From Gnetum montanum (lineage: Eukaryota; Plantae; Gnetophyta), in the NCBI GenBank assembly GCA_015680685.1, contig MNCI01000690.1:336487-400486 (forward strand): a DNA stretch of 64,000 nt, written 5' to 3'. The position numbers were made by a program, and so were the translations under genes. Under the pieces are notes generated by a model. The model was not told the DNA's origin and searched no databases. It saw nothing but the letters and a program-made list of their open reading frames with translations. This document shows, piece by piece, positions 1 through 11,600 of the stretch. Position 1 is the first letter of the stretch; each line of letters begins with the position of its first letter.

Positions 1-820
1 ATCATGTCTACGTCCTTCACAGGGCATAGCTTCATCATAACTGCAACTGAGTATTTTACCAAGTGGGTTGAGGCTATTCCCCTTAGGAAGATAAGATCAC
101 AATAGGTTTGCAAATTTGTGCTTGATAACATAGTGATCTATTTTTTTTTTACCCATGACCATAGGCACAAACAATGGTTCACAATTTAGCAATGCTAAAA
201 CAAAAGCCTTTTGTGAGCACCTTGGTATTAAACACTCCTTCTTGTTGTCGTACTACCCCCAAGTGAATGGCCAAGTAGAGGCCACCAACAAATTCATTGT
301 GAACCTTTTGAAGAAAGTGCTAAGCAACAGTAAATGATGATGGCATGAGCAACTAGTTTGCACACTCTAGGCCTATTGCAGAACATGATGAATAGCAACA
401 GGTAAGACGCCTTACAATCTTATCTACATATCTGAAGCAATTTTGCCCCTTGAATTGTAGGTTCCATTACTCCAAGTGATCCTCTCAAGCTTCATTAATG
501 AAGATTAGAATAACGAGTTGAGGACCATAGACCTTAACTCAATAGAGGAGGAGCACATGCAGATGCTTGATTGCATTGAATGGTACCAAGAAAAGCAATA
601 GCAAAATCACCATCACAACCAGCATCAATGCTTGATCAATAAAGGGGTCCTAGTCCTCAAGGTCATTTACAAACCCACAAATAAATTCTCAGTCAACTAG
701 GAAGGGCCTTTCTTGGTTACTAAGGCCTATGACAATGCAGCATTCAAGATTGCTGATCAAGATGGCAATGAGTTTTCCAATCCAATGAACCATTCATACC
801 TAAAGTTTTATTATGCCTAG
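1..820 (+). pseudogene. Decayed integrase (pol C-terminus) of a Tat/Ogre-type Ty3/gypsy retrotransposon
   Basis: Reads FIITATEYFTKWVEAIPL...NGSQF...YYPQVNGQVEATNK...TGKTPYNL...EGPFLVTK...NPMNHSYLKFYYA*, with a frameshift and several stops. The TKWVEA and YYPQxNGQxEAxNK motifs are typical of Tat-clade integrase. Confidence 0.9.
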
Positions 821-857
821 CATGTAGTATTACATCTCAACAAAGCAAGGAAAGCAC

Positions 858-1330
858 AAGTCCACTATGACTATAAACTAGTGTAGAAAGTTTTCCATGA
901 CTATAAATTGGCATAGCACAAGTCTACTACGACTATAAACTAGCATAACACAAGTCTGCTATGACTACAAACTAGCACAGTATAACTCTACTATGACTAT
1001 AAATTAGTGAAAAAAGTCCACTATGATTTTAAATTGGCACAGCACAAGCCTGCTATGACTATAAACTAGCATAGCAAAAGTCCGCTATGACTATAAACTA
1101 GCATAGAAGTCTGCTATGACTATAAACTGGTGTAGAAAGTCCACTATGACATTAAACTAGCATAGAAACAACCTTTCATCTACCATGACATAAACTGGCA
1201 CAACTCATCCTTGGGTTATGATGTTAAACTAACACAATAGCATTCATTCACTACGACATTAAACTAGCACACAATAGTCCACTAGGACTATAAACTAGTT
1301 CACCATAGTCTACCAAGACCTTAAACTGGG
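858..1330 (+). repeat. Tandem array of about 15 copies of a 29-40 bp unit (core AAGTCCACTATGACTATAAACTAGC) in the Tat 3' UTR
   Basis: The core CTATGACTATAAACT recurs from 858 to about 1330 with short variable linkers, immediately after the integrase stop. Confidence 0.9.
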
Positions 1331-1419
1331 TTTTCCATCAATCACACATAGTTCCACTAGTAAGTGAATGAGAATAATTTTAACTCCCCCCACCCTGCCT
1401 CCCCTTCCCCGCCCACCCC

Positions 1420-1433
1420 NNNNNNNNNNNNNN
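1420..1433. other. Assembly gap (14 N) within a C-rich tract
   Basis: Run of N flanked by CCCC tracts (1386-1436). Confidence 0.99.
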
Positions 1434-1489
1434 CCCACTTCTTTGCACCACATGGATAGGGATACTACAATTCCAAGATGGAGTATTGA

Positions 1490-1760
1490 CCATCAACTTA
1501 GCCTTTGGAGCATTTGCAGCATTATGGTCCCTCATCATTTTGTTGTTTGTTTTAGGCTCTTGCAATTGCTTAGGTTGTCAAGCACTTGTAGCATCATGCC
1601 TCCCCACCATTTTGCTAGCTTTATGGGCTTCTATCATCAGTGTGAACTCTCAAGCACCTACAACATCATCACCGCCCACCATTTTTCTAATTTTTTGAGA
1701 ACTTGCCATCAATGCAACCTTTGGAGCACTTACAACATCATCACCCCTGACATTTTACTT
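1490..1760. repeat. Four degenerate 72-bp tandem units in the Tat 3' region
   Basis: AGCA(C/T)(C/T)T(G/A)(C/T)A(G/A)CAT(C/T)AT...CATTTT recurs every 72 bp, giving a 24-aa periodicity in ORF 1368..1778. Confidence 0.75.
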
Positions 1761-2657
1761 GCATTTCATGTTTTGTGATTTTCTTGTCTTCTCAAAGTTG
1801 TCTTTACAAGACAAATCCCTAAGGCAATCAAGCAAATGCACATCTCATCATAGCAGCAAGTCACAACATTACTCTGACATGCATGATTGGACTAGTTAGG
1901 CCTCTCAAGAATGCATATCCCTACTATCCTTGTTATAGCCTACTCATACCCATCCCTATGCTTCCATACCCTTTACATTCCCCCACAAAATCAAAACTAC
2001 AAACCCCTCTACCACATATGTGTCATACCCACATGGAACCCTCTACAAGCCAAACTGTAGAACCCAAGGCAGACATAATATAAGTTGGCCCATGGGGAGC
2101 CTCTATTGGTTAGTCAAAGCCTAGGTGGATGTAACACAAGTCATCTTAAGGAGGAAACACTTGTCGCATAGATGCGATGTAGTTTCACAAGCATCAAAGC
2201 AAAGTCCATCCAGTGGCACATAGTCCACTCAATGGAAGGCATCCTGTAGTTAGCAGTTAGCATTGTGTAAAATCCAAAGAAGGTTCATCCCACAAAAAAA
2301 AAAGAAAAAAGGGGGAAAAGCACATTCCCAAGCACTCTAAATACATTGCCACCTTTTTAGAGGTCAACATTTTTAGAGGCAAGCCACCTTGTTGCCATGG
2401 TCACCGTCAGCCATGGTGACTCCACATCCTGCATTTTAACATCCTTTTTGTATTTTATTTCTCCTTTTACCCCTAGCATGTTGCCTACACCCTTTACCCC
2501 CAGCATACCACTATCCATAGCACTCTTGAGCATGGTGAAATGACATCCAACCACGTATGGAAGAGTGATGTTGGGGCCAAGCTTACTATGGTGTTTTGTA
2601 ATTCTTTGTCGATGTCTCTCGAGCCACTTCTCCAAATGTCAACAAAGAGGGGGCCAA

Positions 2658-4333
2658 TGAAACACTATCAAATTTGGGCTATGGCATCTCAATTGCAAAT
2701 TTGTCTAAGTGTCAACATGAGGAAAATTTTTTCTAAGTGCTAGGACTACACTCTCCACTGCACCAAAGCATAGTCAGCCCAGTGCAGAGCGTAGTCAACT
2801 CCAAAGATAGATTTTGTGCAATTTTTTCTAATTGTTAGCATGAAGCAAGGAGCTACAAATTTTTTTAAGTGTCGAGACTACACTCTCCACTACACTGAAG
2901 TGTAGTGAGCTCAGTAGAGAGTGTAGCCAATACTAGAGGCCACTTTTGCAAATTTTCCTAAGTGTCAAGCCAACAGTTGTAGAGCCTAGTTAGCATGAAA
3001 GAAATAGTTTGGTAGAGACTACACTCTCCACTACACTAGAGCATAGTCAAGCCTAGTTGGGATGGAAGAAACTATTTGGCAAATTTTCTAAGTGTTGAGA
3101 CTACACTCTCCACTACTTGGGAGTGTAGTCAAGCATAGTCATCACTGAAGGCTCAACTTCTTGCAATTTTTTCTAACTGTTGAGACTACGCTTTCCACTA
3201 CCCTAGACTGTAGTTGAGTGTAGTTAACTAGAAGCCTAATTTCTATAGAAATTTCTCTATGTGCTTGAACTACACTTGACCCCAGTTGGAAGGATAGTCA
3301 ACCTCCCCTAGAGTGTAGTTAGCACATGGCTTAGAATTTTTCTAAGTCTGGGACTACACTCTCCCCCATTCTAGAGCGTAATCAAGCATAGATAGCCAAA
3401 ATGATCTTCAAAGGCCTCTACAATGCAGCACCAACATTCACATTAGCTCCAACACATCTTCAGCAAGCAGCATGCATCTTTTTGGCATCCCCCTTTACCC
3501 CAAAATTGTAACTACGCTCGACACCACTCAAGATAGTGGATAATGTAGTCCCAGAGCATAGTCTCCAAACTTGCATTTTTTTGCATTTTTGTCAGGTACA
3601 TTGTGGTGTTTTTGGCACATGAACATGTAGTTGGTAGTGTATTCATAGTCTAGCAGTCTCGTAGAGTCCATTGGAGTGCACCAAAGCATAACACCATTTT
3701 CTTCAATGGAGAGCGTAGTTGGGTGTAGCATAGTCCCAACCATCCTACTAGCACGTGGCACCAATCTATATTTTGTGCTAATCCTAGCCCTATAAATCCC
3801 ATAGTCCTCTACATTTTAGGGGTTGGAAAATTTGCATTCTAGGCATTTTGGCATTTGGCATTCTTGAAGCATGTTTGGCATCTCAGCAAGGCAAGACACT
3901 CACTCACCACTGCAATCCAACGTAGACCACCATAGTCCATTGCACCCCATGGCAGCCAACCTGGCACACACAGACACCATGGTAGAATGTCTATCTTCAT
4001 GGCTAGACACCTTGAGATTATGACTACATTGTCCACTATGCCTATTATACACTACATACCTTTCTCACCCCATTGGAGGTTAACTACACTCAACCCTGTT
4101 TGGGGTGGTGCCACTTTCTCTCTCACTCTTCTCCTATGCATTTTTTTAGTATTTTATTCACATTCTAGCATTTTACTTTCATTCTTCACTCCTTTTGCAC
4201 ATACCTGTGCATTGACATCTTTGTTTTCAGTGGAAACTCTTAACTACGCTTAGCACCATTGACATCATGAACACTGCATAAACACTTAGCACTATTATGG
4301 CATTGCATTTTGTAAGTCCCCATTTGATCAACA
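2658..4333 (+). mobile_element. 3' LTR of the Tat/Ogre-type element, with PPT at about 2644-2655
   Basis: Tat-like PPT CAACAAAGAGGGGGC followed by TG (2658), a TATA box CCCTATAAAT at about 3788, and a ...GATCAACA terminus at 4333. Confidence 0.7.
2725..3390 (+). repeat. Array of about 7 hairpin-forming units (TTTTCTAAGTG...GACTACACTCT-loop-AGAG(C/T)(G/A)TAGTC) in the Tat LTR U3
   Basis: Units begin near 2727, 2862, 3015, 3083, 3170, 3252 and 3337. Most contain an inverted repeat of GACTAC(G/A)CTCT. Confidence 0.8.
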
Positions 4334-6481
4334 AGACCATTCTGGGCATCCTGTCTCCACCTCCAATAGGCCCTCATACAAATGCAAGGTCAAAGCTATG
4401 TTCCCATGAACCTCTTGGTATTTTGTTCCAACTGTTGATGTTTTTGATCACTATAGGAACTATCACCTTGAATCTTTTCCTAGTTGTATGGGTTGTCTCT
4501 GGGATTTCCAAGAAATCTCCTACAAAATCCCAACATTTAGGTGAGAAGTCTCCTAGTAATTGAAGACATCTTCTGAAGATGCAATATGTCTTCTCCAATA
4601 ACAAGATGTCTTATCTAAGACATCTCCTATAATTCTATGATGTCTATCCTAAGACATCTTCCAATAGGCTAAGAGGTCTCCTCAAAAATTGAGACATCTC
4701 CTTTACATGAGAGACATGTTAACAAATTATGTGTTGTGCAATAATCATTATTATGATATATTACCAACACAAAAATAACATAACAATAGGGAAATAAAAA
4801 CTTACAAAATGGAGTAAGAGAGAAACAAGAAAGATAAATAGGAAAGCAACTTCTCAACTGTTTACATCTTTAAAACTACAAAGATACATAGAGAAGTTTA
4901 TAAAGATCACAAGTCAGTTACTTCTACATAGCAACCCTTATACAACAAGCCACACACTCTCAATTCACTGACCATAACCAACCCAAGATGAATTTAAATA
5001 GCCAAATTCAAGGTTAAAAGAATGGAAACAACTAATAATTAACTCAAACAAATCTTCACCTTTCTTTTATAACAAGTTTTAGAAATCTCATCTCTTCTTT
5101 AGAAAATTCTAAAATTAACAAACAGTAGAAAAGAAAAGTGAAGTTCAACACAGGTTAACTGCAAATTTTGTCTTCATATCTCTAACAATCTCCCACTTGA
5201 AGACAAATCACTCAAATTAATGAAAAACAAGTTGGGACAAATTCTTTAATCAATACTTCATGCCTTCTACAACATACAGAAAAATCACAAGTGCACACAC
5301 AACCATTTGAGGAGCATCTCTACATGAAACATCCTAATGGACCAAGCTTCCTCAAGTCAAAACAACATGAGATAGCATTACACCAACATTACTGAATACT
5401 ATCCTAAAATATCATAACACATGTTAACACAAAGCTTGAACAAAACAAACGAGACATGCAACTTAGACTCTAACATAATTATAAGCTATTTCTTCAACAA
5501 TAAAAAATCCAAGAGACAACATCATCATATCTCAAAACATAGAAATCCCTTTTCACATGTCCAATCTCATGACAATGCCAACATCCTAGTGTCTTTTCTT
5601 TTTCATCTATTTCATTCATCAATGAGAACAAAAATAAGACATTTTTACTATCTTGTACATACAACTCCCATTGAAATAATCTACACTAAAATAGAAAAAA
5701 CAATTTGCAAATAATCCACCCTGTAATACCTTTAGTGCTCCACCAATAATAAACATTACATAACTTAACCTCACCCAACCTTGCTCCAATATGAGTTGTT
5801 AGCAAACGACCTTGTGCAAAAATGTTACATCCAAAATATTCACAACATAAATGTTATAAGAAAAATGTTACACACAAATATTAATAAAAACAATAGGGAA
5901 AAACAACTTGTAGAAGGGAGTGAGGAAGAAACAATGGAAATACACAAGAAAGCAACTTCATTCATTCTTCAAATTAAAACAAAGAGATTACAAAGACACT
6001 CACAATACAAACTCACAAATCAATTACTCTCCTCACAGCAACCCTTATACAGAAGATCATACACTCTCAACTCACTAACCATAACCAACCTAAGATGGAG
6101 TTAAACAGCAAAATTCAAGATTAAAAGAATGGAAACAACCAATAATTAACTCTAATAGATCTTCACCTTTCTTTTATAATAAGTTTTAGAAATATAATCT
6201 CTTCTTTAGAAAATTCTAAAACTAACAAACAATAGAAAAGAAAAGTGAAGTTCAATGCAAGTTAATTGCAAATTTTGTCTTCATATCTCTAACAAGTTGT
6301 ATCCTATTAAAAGCCAGATCCTATCAGAGACATCTTCGAAACATGTAAGACATCTCTTATCACATCCTAATTCTCAGCAAAGACATCTCCTTGACCTCTA
6401 AGATGTCTTTTCAATATCCAAAACCTACAAAAATCATCTATATGGAATAAAAAGAAAATCAAAAGAGATGTCACTACACCA
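4334..6481 (-). mobile_element. Partial LTR related to the CRM-like element at 22272-28880, interrupted by a small LTR element
   Basis: AGACATCT-rich blocks at 4560-4716 and 6325-6410. The terminus AAAACCTACAAAA...GAGATGTCACTACACCA resembles 28819-28880 (AAAACCTACAAAA...GAGGTGTTCCTACATCA). Confidence 0.6.
4717..6294 (-). mobile_element. Small non-autonomous copia-like LTR element (TRIM-like; LTRs 4717-5187 and 5797-6294, about 610 bp non-coding interior)
   Basis: Two direct repeats of about 480 bp bounded by TGTT...AACA. Minus-strand PPT AAGTGGGAGAT at 5188-5198 and a degenerate Met-type PBS just left of 5797. Confidence 0.8.
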
Positions 6482-6489
6482 AGCATCGT

Positions 6490-7000
6490 GTTAGACCATG
6501 TCATGATTTGTGAATGGTATCGATAGATTTTCCTAGAAAGATATTTGATAAATCATTAATCATTTTCTTCCCACTTGAATTATTAGTAGTTTTAATTCAT
6601 ATGATTTGGTCCAAAGTAAGACATATGATTATGATATTATGTAGCATTTTTTTAACTAATTATAAAAATATTAAGATAGAAATTATCTAGTTAATTAATG
6701 AACAATGAATTAAACTCTAGTTTAGTCTATGGGCAATAAGCATCCATTCCTCATTTTTCAAACATGTCTTGAAATCATGTAATCGCTACTGAGATTACCA
6801 AGTACTTGTTGTTATGTGTATTAGTACTACTAGGATTATTAAACGATAATGTGTTGATACTTGAAATTAGTCATACTCATTCCATTGTGTCTAATGTGCA
6901 TGAAAACATAAATAATTAACTAATATGCATGAGTAAAATAAATTGTAAATAAAGTAGACATTATGTTAAGTTACCTACAAAAAATAAAATTAGTCTCAAT
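6490..7000 (-). mobile_element. Old degenerate Athila-family LTR fragment
   Basis: TCTTCCCACTTGAA...TTTGGTCCAAAGTAAG, CTACTGAGATTACCAAG and GTCATACTCATTCC match the LTRs at 20496-21267 and 21343-22271. Confidence 0.65.
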
Positions 7001-7239
7001 CTTATTTTTGTTTATGAATTATTCCTAGGTACAAGCCACTAAAATAACTCTAGATAATTAACTTAACTTATACTATGAGCACTCACACTAACTACTACTA
7101 GAATTCAAAAAAGCAAACTACAAGAGTTTCATTGCTATTACATTAATAAAAGAATCATCACCCAAAGCCATAATGCTCATCCTACTATGAAAGTCCCAAA
7201 AGGATTGGTAGATAAGCAAAATCCTAACCTTTTTAAGTG

Positions 7240-7305
7240 GTTGCACTCAAGCTCAAACCCAGGTCTTTGACGTAAGAAATGAACATCTTACCATCACTTC
7301 AAATG
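7240..7305 (-). mobile_element. tRNA-derived SINE-like head (family also at 51208-51277)
   Basis: Reverse complement TTTGAAGTGATGGTAAGATGTTCATTTCTTACGTCAAAGACCTGGGTTTGAGC has A-box/B-box spacing and aligns with the 51208 copy. Confidence 0.55.
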
Positions 7306-7364
7306 ATAATTCCTACTACTATTACATTAATAGATGTCATTAATATGATAAGTGAGGGGTGTTT

Positions 7365-7520
7365 ATAGGGTGGGTGTCAAATCCCAAAAAAATGAATAAT
7401 AATATTTAAAAATTAGAGTACATAATATCATCAAAGAGAGAGTCTAAAGAAAAAGCCCATTTATTTTGAAAATGTCTTTTCAAGTTTTCATCCTTACAAC
7501 TAATTCAGAAAGACCTCCAC
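7365..7520 (+). repeat. Dispersed non-coding repeat (MITE-like), inverted copy at 37165-37322
   Basis: GGGTGTC...AAAAAATGAATAATAATATTT...AATTAGAGTACAT...TCTAAAGAAAAAGCCCA...ATGTCTTTTCAAGTTTTCATCCTTACA is shared between the two copies. Confidence 0.75.
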
Positions 7521-7599
7521 TGTAGGGTAGGAAAATAATTAAATCTTACCCTTATTCAAAAGAACCCTCATGGTTTTTCACTTCTTACTAATGGGTTTC

Positions 7600-10500
7600 T
7601 TATAAAGAGAAGGATAAAACTCTCTATAAGAAAAAAAAAAGAATACATTAATCAAAAATAATGAATAAACAACACAAAAGCTGAAAGTTTCCCATCCTTA
7701 AGCCTCTTAAACAAAAAGAAATTAATACTCTAAAAAACAATTAATTATTTAGCTTTTGCTAGAAAATTTTCTACTTGGAATTCTAGATAAGAAATAACAT
7801 CCTTAAGAATCTACTATTTGACACCTAAAGAAAGGTCATAGTTATTCTCTTACTGCTAGAAAATAACTATACACTAAAGCTTCCTAATAGAATAGAGAAA
7901 AAGTGGTAGACAACAATTCCAAATGCAAAGAAATGAAAGAATGACTTTATTCATGCTTAGTTGAAAGTTGTTATAAATTTTGGATATTCATTTCCAAGCA
8001 TGCTAAGCAACAGGACACTCAAAAAAAAACATGAGAAAATGAGTCTTAATTTCTACAAAGAGGACATTGAGGAGAAACATTTCCTATATGTTTAAGATAT
8101 GTTAATAAGAAGACCTTGATAAATATCTTTTATTTTCCTCATCTAAAAGTGTGATGATAATTCAATTGTTTAGGCCTTATATAATTTTTTATGAATAAAA
8201 TCATTCTTTGTAATAATCTTATAAGCAACTTTCAAATTAAAAGGAAAAACATATTAACCATCCTTCCAAAAATTATCTAGAAAAGCCTAATGCAAATTAT
8301 TATAACTTTAAATAAATTCTTAATATTAGAAATTAATCTTTAAAAATTCTTTTTCATCTTTCTATTTAAACCATAAAGGCTAGAAGCTTCATTCAAAGTA
8401 ATCCATCTACCATGCATATGCAAACAAGAAACTATAGTGATACCAAATTTGCTCCAAGTTGTAAACAATCTAGATGCATTAGTAGCCCAAGCTCCTTCAT
8501 TAAAAAGAAGGCACCATAGGCTAATTTTCTTAAGCATATCTTCTAAAACTATAATATGATTGTAATTCCAATATTTACTAAGCTTTCACTATATCTTCCA
8601 AATTTGTTAGAGAATTAGAGGACCAAGAATAGATGGCCTAAAGAAAAATAAAATAGTAAAGAAAGTTATTAGAAGACCTATTATCATCATTCTTAGGTTT
8701 TCCTTACTTAAGTCTATTTATTAAAAGGAGCATCCAAACATCATCTTAATTAATGCACTTTGTAATCAATTTTGCTACAAGAGAAATATCCTAGTTATAA
8801 AAATGAATGAGGCTAAGTCCTCTATCATTCTTTATACTAGTACAAATATCCTAATAAACTCTAGCAAAACCTTTTTTATGTTGCTTAGTAGACTAAAGAA
8901 ACCAATAGATAATATGATCAATTCTCTTATAATAATTTTTAGAATAAGCCCAACAACTAGAGTAATAAACATGAGCTAATTGAAGTGTTTACTTAATAAC
9001 TAAAAATTTGCCAACAAGGATGAGCTTATTTTCTTTTCATTTATTAAGCTTGTTTTTAATTTTCTCAATCACATAATCCCACAAAATAGTAAGATTAGGC
9101 TTAAAAGAAAATGATATTCCTAAAATTTTGAAGACAAACTCTTTTTGTAAGATTTTCCAAGGCTTGAGGGTAAACCAATAATCAATATTGTCATTACAAT
9201 AAATAGTAGATTTTTTCCACTTGATCTAAGAGCTTGATACAATGCAATAATCCTCCACTATAGCTAAAAGAATCTAGATATGTTGTAGGGAATTTTTTAT
9301 CATCAAAAAAAGAATCATCTACAAAGTGCATGTTAAGTAATTGTGTACCTTGATCATCAATTGAAATTTCCTTAATGAAATTCCTTTATAAATCATATGT
9401 AGATTATGTGAAAAAAAAATCTGCAACAATAATAAAAAGATAGGTAGCTAGAGGTAAACCTTGACAAATAAACCATTGAAGAGAAAAGAAGAAACTTAAT
9501 TCAAAATTAGTAGCAACTTGAGCATTAGCATTAGTGAGGAAGATACATACAAGTTGAATAAAATAATCATCAAATTCTAGTTTATAGAGACAATAAATAA
9601 TAAAATTCCAATTAATCCTATAATAAGCTTTGGCATAATCTAAATTAATAAAAGCAATGCCTTGGTTAGTATCAAAAGCCAACTATATTCCATCCCAAGC
9701 TATATTAACATTATTTAAGATATGTTTACATTTAAGAAAACTAGTTTACTTAGATCTGATGATATTTTCAATAACCTTATAAATTCAACAAGTCATGCAT
9801 TTAGCTAAAATTTTATAACTATTGTTAAGAAGAGTAATAGGCATCCAATTACCAATATGTTGAATATCTCCATTCTTAGGAAGACTATGAAATACATTTT
9901 TATGAATATTTTTACCAACAAAAACTTTTTTATTGGCTTCTTAAAAGACATGAAAGAGATCATCTCTAACAATGTCCCAATGCTTCTTAAAAATTTCAAT
10001 AAGAAAACCAGCAAAACTTGGAGCTTTACCATCTACTAAACTAAAAGTTGTTGCTTTGATTTCTTTTACTATAATTTTTGCTTCAAGAATACTTTGATGT
10101 GCTTTTATTATAAGATGAGGAATATGCATACTAGAGGCTTAAAAGGATTTCTTACTAAAACATTCAGAAGAAAAAATAGAAAAAAAGGATTCGCCAAAAA
10201 ATTCTTAATAGTCTTAGGATCTTTAATGATGGAATTATTTATATAAAGTAATTACAATTTAGGTACTTGACCATTTTCTTTTAGAAATTTAAAAAAATCC
10301 TTGCAAGGTTCATCGTCAATTTTTAGCCAACCCTTGAACCTTTTAGTGAGAGCACTTTTAGCTTCAAAAGTATGCCAACATTATTTAGCACAATGAGCTT
10401 TTATAATTGAAATCACTCTTATAGATATTGCATTTGCAATATTGTAAGATAGGCCATGATATCATAGTCATGATATTGCACCTAATTTATTTACCATTCA

Positions 10501-11600
10501 TCAATAATCATAATTACCTATGATTTAAGATAAAATAAAAATATAAAAATCAACAATCAAGATGATTATGGGAAAATATGATAATAAAATGAAGATAAAA
10601 AATATAAAAGATTCAATTAATTTTTTGAGTATGACACCTATAATATCTATAGTCAAATTATTTCAAAGTCTTTTGCCTAATAAAATAAGAAGCTAACTAC
10701 TTAGCCATTGATGAGAAAACGTCTAACCTCTTTTCAAGTGGTAAGTCACATTTCATGGAATAAATTATTCAAATCTCAAGGATTTCTAACAAAGTTCTTG
10801 TAGCAAAAAAAAATCAAGGGAAATGAGCTACAGATGGAAAATGCTAATGTCTCTTAAACTATAGAGACTATGAAGAATTCTAAAGCCTTCAATTTTGTTT
10901 TACCTAATGATTTATATGAATCCTTGTCAAAAGATATTACTGTAGGATATATATTTCTATAAATTATTAGATTTGTTCATCCAAATAAAGATTTTATACT
11001 AGTGATTCAACCAATTTTTGAACATCATGTTATTAATGTTTTGCATGCCCACTATTTTTCCAAATCTTAAAGCTTTTATGAATCAATGTAATACTTTTAT
11101 TTCTTAGAAATGGAAAGTGAATTTTAATCCATATTCTTCTAATTATTCTAAAATCCTTTGTTGAATTGAATTAGAAAATCTTCCTCTTATATTTTAAAGT
11201 ATTAAAAGTGAAATTATTAGCATCATTGGCATAATCATGAAGATAGAGTCAAAAACATTACTAGATGGTGTGCAGTGCACATATTATTTTGTAGAGATTG
11301 ATTTATGATAGAAGAAGATAGGATTAAAACTAAATGTTGGTAATTAGTATTTTTTTCAAAAAAATTATATATAATTTACAAAAATGTTCTAGCTATTATC
11401 ATGATAAAGGTCATGTTATTGGAATTTTTTCTACTCTCCATAAAAAAAGTTATTTGTGAAAAAAAACAATAATTTTCAATAAAGGAAAATAATGGTAGTT
11501 TTTAACACTCACAAATGAAATCTTCTTTAAGTTTTCAACGTTTTACTAATCCTTTTAATTCTAAAGATGCTAGTAACCTCTTGATATCTAAGGAGAATTC
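7600..11600 (-). mobile_element. Decayed L1-clade LINE ORF2 (APE endonuclease + reverse transcriptase)
   Basis: Minus-strand fragments EIKATTFSLVDGKAPS.AGFLIEIFKKHWDIV (9941-10129) and FINLDYAKAYYRINWNFI...QGLPLATYLFIIVAD (9404-9682), with many stops and frameshifts. Confidence 0.85.

Noticed and set aside
858-1330. CRISPR-like repeat/spacer appearance
   Set aside because: Linkers are short and related to each other, repeats are degenerate, there are no cas genes, and the context is a plant retrotransposon 3' UTR.
1368-1778. 136-aa His/Cys-repeat ORF as a metal-binding protein
   Set aside because: It spans an N gap, and its periodicity simply reflects the 72-bp DNA repeat within a TE.
5421-6104. 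ORFs 5421..5714 and 5781..6104
   Set aside because: A-rich antisense readings of an LTR element interior and LTR.
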